The position numbers were made by a program, and so were the translations under genes. Below the pieces are notes generated by a model. That model was given only the letters and a program-made list of their open reading frames with translations, was not told where the DNA came from and searched no databases. 64,000 nucleotides of DNA from Trichinella spiralis (taxonomy: Eukaryota): positions 1,900,848-1,964,847 of the forward strand of contig NW_003526944.1 in the NCBI RefSeq assembly GCF_000181795.1. Direction: 5' to 3'. Positions 11,901-25,458 of the stretch are shown piece by piece (within the stretch, counting starts at the first letter, position 1; the number at the start of each line of letters is the position of its first letter).

Positions 11901-14900
11901 ACACACACGGATGTAATTAATATATCTACAATATAATTGCCAATTATTATATTCGATTCTTTACTGCTTTAATTTGTTTCGATACAAGTATCATGTCGTT
12001 TCAGTGAAGGAATAAAATTCGAAAAAAAAAATTAAAAAATCGAAAAATAAAAAATATCATGAATCACACACACACACATTGACATTTTAAAGTTTAACCG
12101 GAGAAAACAATTGTACATACAATTGAATAATATACAATCGATCGATCCATAGATTGAAAATAAAATAAAACCTGATCAAAGCTTTTCACAGAAATTGATT
12201 GATAAGAAAATGATGCAAGCAGTAAGCAGTAATAAAAATCCCTCAACTAAACGTAACTATTTTCAAAACAACTGATGATAAAACAAAAGCAAACGTACGT
12301 AAAGCATAAATAAATAAATAACACAGTTGCTAATCTGATTAACAGATAAGTAATAAAAAAAACTAACAAAATTACAACAAACAAACAACACTTGAAGTAA
12401 ACAGAATACGAAAGTGGGGATTAAAAGAGGCAGATTGCATAAAATTATTCCATTTGTTGTGTCTGTCTACCGGCCTTGAATAGTGTGCACAGTGGGATGG
12501 TGGAATTGCCAAGGGGATATTTTTCTGTCTGTCCATTTTCTACGATTTACTCTACACGGCAGAAGTGGAAAAATGTGCAGAAATTGGATCGCTTTTGCTG
12601 TCGACAATTTTGTCACTTATCAAAATTTCTACCCTTTTTCAATAAATAATATTAGCCTGCAGGAGATTTTTGTCCCAAATTCACCCAACTCTATTTTTGA
12701 CGATCACAGAAGCAAAATGGACAGACACAAAACAAGCCGGGCAACAACTCATTACAGGCACGCGAGAAACAATTACGAACGTACCAGAATAATATCACCA
12801 AATAATAATTAAATAATAATTATTATGCAATTTTGAATTGAACAACAACAACAACTATTACTAGTACTATTGTTACAACATCGAGAAAAATATTTGGTAG
12901 TGAAAATTTTCAAAATATAATTCCAAACAAAACCAACAACCGATTGATATGAATATTAATTCATATTTATGAGCCTAATAAATGTTTTATCAAAGGTCAT
13001 CTTTGCTTTTGATGAACTTTCGTGGCAATGCCACCATCATCATCTCACTGACAAAGTCATCTTGTTGTTGTCGTTGTTGTAAACAAAGTGATTGGCAAAT
13101 TTTAACGACCACCAACCAATATGCAAATGAAACTTGTAAAGAGCCAGTAGCTGTGAACAAGCGACGTTTCGATGAAAAATTTTGAACTAGAATAGAAATT
13201 TAAAAAATTGATGCAGATTATTAGTGTAAAGTAAACTTTCAAACCAGCATAATGATTAATCTTCGGCATAATAAGCAAGAGATAGGTAGAGAGAGAGAAA
13301 ATTCTCTAAGCAACATAAATAGATAGATTCAACTGGTTAAAAGTGTGTTTTGAAGATGAGAAATAAACTTTTTTGATTATTACTATTTTTTTTTCATTTC
13401 GAATAAAAAAATCTTCTCCATTCACCGACAGACATCTGCTTGTCACATGACCAAATTTTCAACGTTAAAATGCAATTCCCAGGGGCTAAAAAGTAGTAGA
13501 CAGATGTAAAGAAATGCTGCTGCTGTGGAACAAAATGTCCACGCAACAAACACTGCTTGAAACACGCAGTCAACCTCGTTTCCATTCCACCGCCTCAACG
13601 ACAACAAAGCATTCACGTAAAATAATGCACATGAAGACCAGTTTTTACAGAAATTATTACTTTTTCCCCTGAATAACCAAAAACGCGCTTACAGATCACT
13701 TTACACAAATCAATCTCGCATACCGCACTGATCGACAACAACAAAATTAATAAATTAATAAATACACTGTATTAAGCTTTCCACTTTTCGGTGCACATTT
13801 TGCACGTAACATTTGTTTCGTTCAACAAGCACGCTCGGATTTTTTTTTCAACTGAACAAAAACTTGACAAAGAGAAAATTGGACAAGATTTGAAATTTAG
13901 ATAAATTTCAAAGAAAAAATAATAATAAACTCCACACTTACACGCACCAACACACAAACGAATGAATATGATAAAGTTAGAACAATATGCCAACGTGACT
14001 TTGTAAATGAAAACATCTACAATAGGACAAATTTATCACAATAATAATGATAATTAAAATCATGATAAAATCAAAATTGCCCAAGTGTGATGATATTAAA
14101 TGAAGAAGACAAAATGTTGAACTGATTATTAATTTTGACTGAAAAGGTTCGCAACAAAATCAACCTTTCCGTTGCAAATCACTGTAAACTGCTTCATTGT
14201 GCTGTTTTGAACAAAAGTTTCCATTTGCTAATGACCAGTTTCAAATCGGTGGAAAAAAAATATATATATATTTTTTCTCCACAACTCACTCAACAAATCA
14301 CATTACAACCAACAACCAACACAACTTGTTCAACAATTAATGAACTTTAACATTCCAAAATTACCATTATTCATACTGTAGTAATTGTTTCACACTCTGG
14401 TGAAATTGGAAATTCAATTATAATTTCGTTGCAATTCATTTTTGACACGTCAAAAGAAAATCAAAACTCATTCTACCACAGGATGCGCGATTATTAAATG
14501 CAAATTATCCCAACTGACCATTCGCAATCGAAGAACTTGAGTACGATGTGGAATTGTATTCAAAATTGAAAACAAGAAAAAAATATTAATTGTTCGACAA
14601 AAAAAACATACAAATTGAACAATAAAAATATCTCACTTGTTTGCGCTCTACTTTGCGTTGATATTTAAGAATGGAAAAATTTGAAGCGCAAATTATGCAA
14701 ATTTTTTTCGACAAATTTCAATTCTGAAATAGTAATAAAGAAAATCACGATCAAATTATGCTGATGATGTTGAAAATTAATTTTCAAAAAAGAAAGTTCA
14801 TCAAAATGAATAATGAAATTAATAATGAAAATATGATAATGAAAGAAAAAAACAGCCCGATTGTAAAACTAATCACTAAATATGATAATCAAATTAATAA

Positions 14901-16486
14901 TTATTCAATGGGACGACCAATGTCAGAGATGTACAGTAAGTTTGAAAACTGAGACCTAGTAAAGTAGAAGCGAAAAAAAATAATAAAAGAAAAAAGAACA
15001 GATACAAAGCGAATTGTTCGTCGAAATGAACATCGATTAAAAAGAAAAACGCAACCAGCACAGACGATGACGACGTATTCTGGTAGTAATTGTCCAACAC
15101 AACAGGCAGACAATGACGACGTCAAAATGGAATTGTCAAGAAATTGCGGCGGCACAATTGTATTTTTCAAAGTTGCAAAGAAACAATAAAATCTTTCCAA
15201 TTCACCAAATAATGGTTGTATAAAAAAATACAATCAAACAAATCAATCAAACGAAACATTTTCAAAGTGAAATTGCAAAGTACATCTTGATGCGACAACT
15301 TGCACGCAAATTGAAGAAGAAAAATCTCTTTTACTTGATTATTTGCTTATGGAAATAATCTTGCAAAATTATTCTTCTTCTTCCTCTTTTTTCATGCTAT
15401 TTTAGCATGACAATTGCATGTTAACATTTTTCAAATAATCAAAATTTTACCGACATACTTGCATGTCATAAAACTGTAATCAATGAAAAAGAAACAAAAT
15501 AACACAATAACCATCATCGACATAACAAAAAATGTTCCATGCAACTGTACCTTTTTATCATTACAATATCGTATACATAAATATATATATATATATATAT
15601 ATATGCATGAAAAATAGAGAATAGATTTAAAAAAATATTTGTAAGAAAAAGCAAAGCATGCAATTCACTACGTTTCAAAATACAAACTTTCGGCAACTTG
15701 CATCTACATACTATTTAATGTTGAAAAAACTGATTCTATTAACAGAAAAAAATACAACCTTCTGAATGCAATTTATAAAAAAAACATGTCCGAACAAGAG
15801 TACAAAATTTAAGTTAGATAATATCATCAGTGCCTGTTTGGAAGCCGGTTACGCGAAATAAATGTTACAGTACAACAATGCAATTTCTTACACAACTTTC
15901 AAAGATAAAAAAAAACTTTCACTATTACCTGCAGAATACAAACGAGGGTCGGTGTGTGGAGACGGAATGAAATTTTCTCATAAGCATCCTTGTAAATTGC
16001 AAACAGAGGTACTCTGCAACCACTGAGATCATTGGAGTCGTTGTGATGATTGGAGGAAAAATTTATTTTCAAATTTTCAAATGCTCACTTGACCAAAATT
16101 CGACATTTGCTATAAAAGAAATCATTACAACCAGAAAACCTTGTTGTAGAAAGAGCAAAAAAAGCCTCTCACCAGGTGATGTTTCTTTCAAAAACAATTT
16201 CTAAGCCAGTTGTTGAACAAATTAGCATAAATAAATATACATTTCAAGAGAAAAGAAATAATTTCAGCGAAAACAATAACAGATGAATAAAATCATTTAC
16301 TATGCATAGGAAAATGCAACATAGCAGCGTTCCACATATATAATGCGTCGTAGTACGTGGATTAATCTGTAGAATTAAATGATAATCATACAAAAAAGAA
16401 AACAAAATCATCTAGCAGTGTAATGTGATTAGGATAACTGCACATCGAAAAGAATTCATTCTGCTCTGGTGCACTTTTCTACTTAA

Positions 16487-19473
16487 TTAAGCAATTTCTG
16501 AAGGTGTGGTTTTCAGCGCTGTACCACTCCACACAGTTTTGAACTGCTCCGGAACGCAACGTTCTTCCTAAATTAAACAAACAAATAATTATTTAAAATT
16601 GATTGCAAAAATAAATAAATTTATTTATATTTACAAAAAGCAAATTAACATTTATTTCACTGTACACTTACAAATTCTCCGTCTTCCGTAGGAATAAGCA
16701 GATTAATTTCTGACGTTTTCGAAGTAATCACTTCGCAATTCAACGCCTCTTTGCTCAGATAAACCATACAACCGTCGGTCTTTTGTAAAACCAAAGTTGG
16801 CATTGTTCCCATAGTCTAGATTTTACAAAAGCAAAAAACAAAACATCTCTGCATAATATAAGCATAATCGAGCAAAACATTTTCCATACTTGAATTTGCA
16901 TTTTTTGACAATTTATTATCTCCAAACTTGATACGATGTTATCGAAAACTAGAGAAGTTTTTTTACAACTATCTGAAATAAAATTGAATAAAGAAAGTTT
17001 CTTTTCAATTTGCAGATTTTACCAGAATGCAAAGAATTAAGATAAAATAGCGAACTCACCCAAAGCTATGCTGTTCAATTTCCCTTTGACAACAATAACA
17101 CAATTTTCACATCGATAAATGTACATCACTTGTTTCATATCGGTGATCTCAATTTTAATATCTTTATTGTCCACGTGATTTTCCTATAACAAATAATTCA
17201 AACAAATGAAAAATTTATACAATCAAAAAAGAAATTAACTTACTATGAGCCATTTTTTATCATCGCAAGTAAGTACAGGGGGTTTAGTAGTATCTTTTTT
17301 TGCCGATGGTAAATTTTTTGTCAAATGTGCAGGTTTCGCAGCAACTGCTGGCTTGCACACTGGCGTAGCGGTACGAAGACTGGGATTTTTGTGCACCTGC
17401 ATGTCCGGCGTAACCTTTTTAAGTCCTAAACTTCTCACATGCATACTGTTTTGCTAAGAACAAAGTCATAATTTTTTTTTGAAAAATAAAATTAACCTTT
17501 AGTTATATCTAAGCCTTTGTTGATTTGAGCAAAAAGTTCTTGACGTATATCTTCGACTGACTTTTTACACTTTGATGACAAGCTGACTGGAGGAGGAGGA
17601 GGAGGTGGAGGCAACGGTATATCGAAAACTTCAAAATCCGTTGTGTCACAATTTGACAATCCTGGCTAAAATTTTCCATTAATTTAAAGCAAAATTCATA
17701 ATGTACAAAAAATTAAAATATAATAAAAGAATATCACACGTACAGTAGTTAATAGCAATCAATTATCGTTAGAAAAATAAAATTATACTTCGATTACCAA
17801 AACTTTCTTCCAGGTGAAGCCGTTCGCATAATATTTCTGTACAAACGCTTTGAGACTTTCCAACGTTTTAAGCCACTGTTCGACAAATTGAACATGAAGT
17901 GCATCCTCTCTTCAAGAATGCAATGTTCAAAAAATAATAAAACAGACCAACTAAAAACAACCATACTTTTGGGAAAATTCTTTCAAAATTCTGTCGGTGT
18001 AAAACTTTGCTATTTCGATAATATCTTGAATAAATGCAACGGGATTGGATTCCTAGAAATATATTTATTTAATCGTCACCGAACATTTCGCTGATACAAA
18101 GAACAACATTTTTGAAAAAAATAATAATAACAACAAGGTAAAAATGTTTGAAATACTGAAAACACTTACAACAGACATCCAGGTTAAAGCAGGAAGACTA
18201 TCCATGATAGCACAAACATGATTGAAATATTGGTTACAAATCGCGCGTCTCTTCACGTGCTAAATTCCATCACATATAAATCGATATAAATGCATTATAC
18301 AGTCGGCCCTCAACATTGGCGGATTTGTGACGAGGTGACTGATATTAGCCCAAAAAGCGGACTAAATGAAAACTCTAGTTCTTTGTATCCAGCGTATCGA
18401 TGACCATTAACGAATGGCTTCGTTCAGACCAACGCCCAACACAACGTAGATCGAAAAGCCGAATGGAGCGATAACAGCTTTACCAAACTGGGAACCCTAA
18501 CTAACCGCTACCAACTAATGAGAAGAAGATAAATTAAAATCAAGGCGAAGCAAAAAGGGGTGCTGCAAACGAGTGGTTTACGGAAACAGTAATTCCCCCA
18601 ATCGATGGTAAGCTTGGCAACCGGTGCAGATATGTCTGGAAGCGCAGAACGTACGCTCCCAGGCTAGCACAGCTGAATAGAGCATGCGAATAACGCAAAA
18701 TTTCAGTAAATACGTAATGCATGATGTTAGAGAGGATAAATTTTCATTATATTTAACATGCAAATCAGTAAACGTTCAGTGATATACCATGAAGTTGCGT
18801 AAGAGTATGAAGCATCAGTGAAGCGTATGAATAAAAGTGGCTAGCATTCGCGGCACCACCACAACGCACAAGTCGCGAATGTTGAGGGACAACTGGATAT
18901 CAAAATATATATAATCATAAAAAGTAAAATAAATAAAATGAAATTCTTTTCTTCTTTTCAATTTTAAATATTCGCATATTACCTGTGCTAATTATCAGTA
19001 TAATTAATGAAAGAAACCAGTAAACTTATCGAAATAAATAACATATCTCCGATTTAAAACTACCCTGATTTGCTATTAGCTCAAATCATTTATGCATTTA
19101 CTATAAATCGATTACATATTATAAAGAATGTATTATTTAAAAAAAAAAAAAGCTCACTCGAAACGAGTCCATGAGATGGAAAATATGAAATAAATGACGT
19201 GCCACCGCTTCTTCATTAGGCTTCTCCAAATCGAGTCCTTTTTCAATGCAGTCTTTCAACATACAGAATCCTTTCTCAGCCAAACATGCCTGAAATTAAA
19301 AACAAAATTACAGATAGCATACAAAATTTAGTTGAAATCGTTCAAAATCAGATATGCAAAAAATAAACAATTACCAAATCTGCCAAAAATGGATTGATTT
19401 TTTCACAAATATCATAGAAAGCTGAAGCGTTTGCTTTAACTTCAGCATCATAAACGTCCAATACGTCAGACAT
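16487..19473 (-). CDS. CAP: Adenylyl cyclase-associated protein (CAP/Srv2 family), ~433 aa
   Basis: Exons with consistent phases: 19473-19375, 19289-19158, 18259-18170, 18052-17967, 17909-17798, 17665-17497, 17425-17244, 17183-17060, 16972-16890, 16815-16672, 16567-16487. Motifs: YFNHV..., FYTDRILKEF, poly-Pro, WH2 (ELFAQINKGLDITKGLKKVT..M..HKNPSLR), CARP (KTDGC.VYLSK...SE.NL, VPEQFKT). The 5' end is uncertain (acceptor at 19508). Confidence 0.9.
18300..18895. mobile_element. Non-autonomous DNA transposon (MITE), Tc1/mariner-pogo/Tigger-like, in a CAP intron
   Basis: The left end CAGTCGGCCCTCAACATTGGCGGATTTGTG is an imperfect ~30-bp inverted repeat of the right end (reverse complement CAGTTGTCCCTCAACATTCGCGACTTGTG). 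It is preceded by TA (18298-18299), is GC-richer than the host intron and has no transposase ORF. Confidence 0.75.
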
Positions 19474-21375
19474 TTTTTCAGCTTTCAAAAATTGCTTTTC
19501 TGTATTTCCTAAGCCAACAAAATAAAAGAAAAACAAAAATTATCATCTATTTCAAAATAAATTTCAACTACTGCATGCGAAATAAACACTTAACAAATAT
19601 GTCAGCTGCGCAATTAATCAAAATAAATGAAACATTAAAATTCACTCAGAACAAAATTAATGAATAATAAAAGTATTAGCCAAATTAGTCATTCAATATA
19701 CTGTTTTAAAAATTATGGATGGTGTCATTGCGCAACTGAAGAACAAAATGTTCAATCAATTGAGTTCACTTTTTAAATTAGTTAATTCGCAATTATCTAT
19801 TTCTCCTTGATGCACACAATATGATTGATGAAACGCCTCCAGAGACAGAAATGTTGAACACTGAGTGAATGGATGTACGCAATGAAAGTTCACAAATCTC
19901 ACAGAAGGACATATTAAATTGAAAAACAAAATAAAACCTGAAACTGACTCATAACTATCAAGCAACGCATCAAAAAATACAGTATTCTAAATTTTAACTA
20001 ATCGATTGATTATTTTCGAATTAAAAGGCGTTCATTTTAATGCAGGTTGAATATTTTCTGTTTTGTTTTTTTTTTTGAAATTCTTCATCATTCTAATTCT
20101 TCCAGACTTACTTTAATGATTAACTTTCGAAATTTAACAGAAGCAAAATATAATCAATTAATGCACAATGATTATTCAAATTTTCTCAATGAACAATTTA
20201 AAACAAAATGCAATACAAATACTTGAATAACCCACTTACGGAGGTGGAAATGTTATTTAAGTGCTCAACTGATGTTCAGTTTAAAATGCAACGTAAAATT
20301 TCCACGTTCAATTGCAGCAACATGTTAGGCGATAAAAACATTATTCTCATCTCATAAACCTTGTGACTTACTATTTATTATTTGATTTTCAATTATACCA
20401 ACACTGGAAAATGAACATGATCATCGGCAGTTACAATAAATGAACAATCCCTACTGATACTCGTTTCTCGATATTACACTTATATAAATCAACATGCATA
20501 TAAATGTATATTGAAAAGCGGCAGCAGAGCTTCAAAACAAGCTTTCCTCAACTTGGTTTTTGAAATCAGCGAAACATTATTTCGCTTGTTCAGTCGTAGT
20601 GTCTTTCACATATCTAATATTGCACAGAATAATAACTGAAAAAAGTATCTCAATCTCTCTGATCATGCTTTACATCATAAGTAATAATTAGTCCAAAAAA
20701 CAAAAAAAACATTATGAAATGTATTAAAATCACCACAATAAAACAAATAACTTACTTTATCAACAAAGTGAAAGTATTTGCAATTAATCAGATTGAACAT
20801 AAACTGCTGAGTTGCTTGCCAAACAACTTGACGTTCCAAAGTTAGAACACACATAGCGCATAGAACTTCAACTACAGTAAGAATTAAATGAAATGTAAGT
20901 TTCGTCTACGTCAATAAAATTTTCCAAGTGATCATTAAACAAGTTCACGTTGCAAATGGTCGTTATAATAATTGAAAAGTTTCTTTCATACTTTATATAC
21001 ATCTGCGCTTTATTCGATTTATCACAGACTTTTGCACAACGTCAGATCAAACTGCTGCCATTTGCTGATGTTACGCATAGGTTCGATTCAAATGATTGCA
21101 AGTGATTTTTCTCTTTTGATAAATCACGTACTTTTGTGCAGATGCGTACCTTTTGAAAATAAGTAGAAATTTATTACGCAACTTTCCAGACTTTCATCAA
21201 GAACACTATATATATTCAGCATGGGAAAATAAAACAAGCACCATCATTATATGGGAATAAGAAATTATAAAACCTGCATTATTTTCAGAGGTAACTGTAG
21301 TTCTTGGTCGTTGATTACCGGCTTCTCACCGCTTGTTGACCGTTGCAGAAACGAAGCGTTTCACAAATTGTTCCA

Positions 21376-22627
21376 CTAATGATCACTTTCATTACAACAC
21401 AAAATACCCGCACGCAGCTCAGACAAGAGGTCCGCTTTCAGTTGAGCTCGAATTTCTCCAAAAGCCATTTCATTTTCTGGTTTGTGGATTGCCCACAGTT
21501 GGTCAAAACGGTAAAAACAATATCCTTAAATAGCGTTAATTAAAACCCATTTCGAATATATGACCAAAGCAATAATAAAAACTAACGGTAAACATCGTGC
21601 AAATCTTGCATGGGAAACTTGCACGTGGATTTCGCGTAGAAGAACGACTTCAGATGACCCTCGCGCAGCAATTCTCGAGTCAAAAATGACATATTAATAC
21701 CAACTATGGCGAAAGGATAGCCGTGGCGCGGGTTCAACGAACGTGAAAGCATAGCCAGTGATTTTTGCTGTTCAGTTTCGCACAAATAAATCAACTGCTG
21801 CAAGCCGAGCAAGCCCATTCCACGAAAATCTGTCGAAGGGTCTTTGCCTTGAAAACCCAGCTCTACCCAACGCGGATCAATTGCAGAAATCTGGCTTTCT
21901 GGTTTCAACAAAGAAGACAACTACAGATGAACAAACAAAATTAACACAAACACCATTACTCGCCGTATGCAGCAACTCAACTACCTTCAATAATTGACTT
22001 TCGTGTGCTTTATCGTGTGGGTTATAATGAATCATGCGCACATCTTCGACATCTTTCAATAGCTTTTCATATGCAATAATTTTTTGAAGACAATATTTCA
22101 AACGGGTCTTAAGTTTGCGGTTGTGAAGATTATTTTCAGAACAAAGCGTGGCAAGTGTTTTATAGATCTCTGTTAATGAACATTTGCTTATAGTTTCAAA
22201 ATCGAAAACTTTCCATTTGCGCAGTATTGCCTCTAGAACATACAATTTATCATCACTGCTGTTTTTTTATAAAAACAAATTTTTTTAAATAAAGTAAACA
22301 GTATAAAAGGGGATATACGGAGAAAATGTATCCGATTTAAAAAGGCAATCATACTAAACTTCATTTGTGTCAACAAATTTAAAAAATATCACTGAAAATT
22401 CTGCTCGTAATAATAAAAATTTACAAAAAAAAGATAGAAAACTTACCTACTTGAAGAACGCGATCATGTTTTGGAATTTTTTTCTCTAATACATACTGCA
22501 ATTCATTTTTACCAGTAAACCAACAGCTGATGAAGCCGAATAGTGGGTGAACAAAATTAGCTGCATAATAAAAAATTTGCAAAGCAGCACCTGCAGTCCA
22601 TTTAAACGTTTGGCAGAGGATTTCCAT
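21376..22627 (-). CDS. ELMOD2: ELMO domain-containing protein (ELMOD1/2-like Arf-family GAP), ~303 aa
   Basis: Exons 22627-22447, 22232-21985, 21920-21587 and 21524-21376 total 912 nt in frame. Signature WVELGFQGKDPSTDFRGMGLLGL and YPFAIVGIN; N-terminal FTGKNELQ. Confidence 0.88.
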
Positions 22628-23267
22628 ATATCTTAAAAAATTTTTAAACACTTTTTCGATTATTTTGCACTTATTATAACTGAATACTGTCAGTAAAGGC
22701 AATAACTGTTCAAGTAAGTCAAGAAAATATTTCAGCATAGTAAAACTTGAAAATCATACCGTACATTTCAAGATTTCAAACGTACATCTCATGCTCAGAA
22801 AATATTTTACAACTGCTAATACATTTGAATGCTTATGATGTAATAAATTTGCCTTTCTAGTATATTAAAATTTTTGCTTTCAGCAATCTATACAGTATAT
22901 ATTAATAAAAATAAAAATGAAAAAGTAAAAAAATAACCATTGGAGGAGATGTTTGTATTGGCAAGTGGATCTTGAAAGAAGGAACAATTTCAAACAATTG
23001 TGTATCCATGAAATTTTCATTGAATTCCACAGGCGAAATTTTCGCCAATCAAGTCATTTATCACTTGAACCTAGTTGCAAATTGCTCAAACGAATATATA
23101 CAATTATTAATAAGAGTCATACATATTTTTGTAGAAAATGTGAATTATGCAAATTATTTCAAGCCTCGCAGTTACTCGGTTAAATGGACGTGAAAAGTTG
23201 TTCAACTTGAATAAATGATCTTACGAAGGCTGAAAGCGGATCTGAACGTTTCAATCGATCCTGCTCA

Positions 23268-25458
23268 ATGATTGCGTTTAAATTTTCACTGATTCTAGCA
23301 ACATGGGTGAAATTTGTCAATGCCCAGTCAGTCGTCTCCATGACTTGTCCAGCTTACTCGGAGACGTTTTACGTAACATGCGCTAACAACATGCCCAAAG
23401 TTCACATTTGTGCTGGTGGAGAAGTTTACAGTGAAAGCGAAAAGAAATGCTTGCCAGAGACCGCGCCCTTCTCAACACCGAATAGATCAGAAAATCAGTT
23501 CTGTTCGAACATCTATCGCAGCTGCTTGAATGAAGTAAAACATCCCTGTCCAAATAGTCACGTCTATGTTCCACAGACCGGCAACTGCGTACCATTGGAA
23601 AATATTGCCAAATGTACAACAGTCGAACATCATTCAACGACCACACCCACGCAAGCCCAGTCGAACCAGCTACCTTTCGACTGCAAACAACAACACGACG
23701 GCCTTTATCCTGATCCGACAAATCCGCACTGTAGTTCTACCTTCTACATCTGCCTCAATGGCACAACGCAGAGGAGCAGTTGTTCCAAAAACCAAATTTA
23801 CCTACCAAAACTGTTCAGTTGCCAAGATAGACAAGAAATACAAGCTTGCACTGGTGAAACAACATCAACAACAACAACAGCAGCAACAACCACAACCACA
23901 AGCACAGCAGCAGCAACAACAACAACAACAACAGCTTCACCGTTGCCTGAAATTAATTCTTTCGACTGCCGTTCGAAACCAAACGGCCTGTATGCAGATC
24001 CGTTCAAAGCCTGCTCTTCAATCTATTACGCTTGTTTCAATCAGAACAGCTTCAAAGCATACTGTCCAAACGGTTTGTTCTTCAATGTGAAAATATCCGC
24101 CTGTGATAAGCAAGAAAATGTGCAAAGCTGCCTCGCTGGAAAGCCCACACCTACTCAGCCCACTGAAAGTACTTTAATCGGAGATCACAAGTGCGTCAAC
24201 ATGCCAAACGGTCGGTATCCACTGTTCGTCGATACTTGTTCGCCATTTTTTTACGTTTGCAAAAATGGCCACCAGTACATTCAGCAATGCACAGCAGGAT
24301 TATTCTTCAATTCGCAAATCAGGCGTTGCTTTGCGAGAAACACTATCCCGGCTTGCATTTCAAATCCATTCCAACCGATAACTGAGCAGCAGCGCATCAC
24401 ATCAGAATCCACCATGCCGAGTACAAAGCCAAGCAGCCACGTGACGGATCGTCCGACAACACCTTTAACTGCGGTTCCAAAACCAACAATTCCACTTGCT
24501 GTCAATTTAACCGAACAATTTTACAAATATCTCGAGCTTCAAAAGCTTGTAACCGGTGACCGTTCGTATCCAGAAAAAGAATCCCACCTGAAAGCAACAT
24601 CTGCGAACACGCCCAGTGCGACTTCTGTGACGGATGATTATTTGTACAATAAGATCAGTACAACTCAATATCCGCGCACTGAAATTACTAGTAATGCAAA
24701 CCAGCCCATAGAGCCGTCGATGGGCAGTGGTGGAGGAGTTCAGGAAAAAATAACTCAACCAAACAAGCAGACCAATCTAGTTACTACTGAAGCAAAATCA
24801 GTGACAACTCCCAGTGTCGAAACTGTACCTGTAAACTGCGCTAATCTTGCAGATGGATTCTACGCAGATCCAACCAACCCTTACGGAAAAGAATATTACC
24901 ACTGTTTGAACAGACAAGTATTTCTGAAACGTTGTCCGGAAAATGAACACTTCAATTACACAATTGGACGATGCGACAGCGCGGTCGGTCAACTTGGCAA
25001 CGTATCGGTGATCTTGGACCAACGCTGCGCTGACAAAGAAGATGGAAATTATCCAATCGGACTGTGCGAACGATCCTTTTACTCGTGCAGTGGCCACGCG
25101 ATCAGCACGCAACAATGTCCAGCAAATTTGTTCTACGACGATGAAAAACAACTCTGCGATGTCAAAGCCAACATCCCATCCTGCGGAGGGAAACGACCCC
25201 AAAATTACTGTATGTCATTTTTGCAATGTTTAAACTAATTATTCGTGTGCGTTTCAACTTTTCTTTTCAGCCACAAATAAGTTACAGTGCTCGCCAGATG
25301 AAGAAGGCAGAACGTTTGCAACAGCATCTTGTTCATCAGTGTATTATATCTGCACAAAAGGTGTTCTTGAAAAAGATTCGTGCTACGGAGATTTAGTCTA
25401 CAACAAGAAACTGGCAGCTTGCGGGTCGAAAATTGGTTTTCCCGAATGTACAAAGTGA
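23268..25458 (+). CDS. Secreted multi-domain chitin-binding peritrophin-A (CBM14) protein with Thr-rich mucin linkers
   Basis: Signal peptide MIAFKFSLILATWVKFVNA. Repeated C..DG.Y.DP...C..FY.C...C...FF....C motifs (about 8 full or partial domains). Exon 1 is 23268-25209 (GT at 25210); exon 2 is 25271-25458 and encodes a last CBM14 ending ECTK*. Confidence 0.88.

Noticed and set aside
23566..24090. Overlapping poly-Gln ORF (174 aa)
   Set aside because: Alternate-frame reading of the ACA/GCA Thr-Ala repeat in the peritrophin gene.
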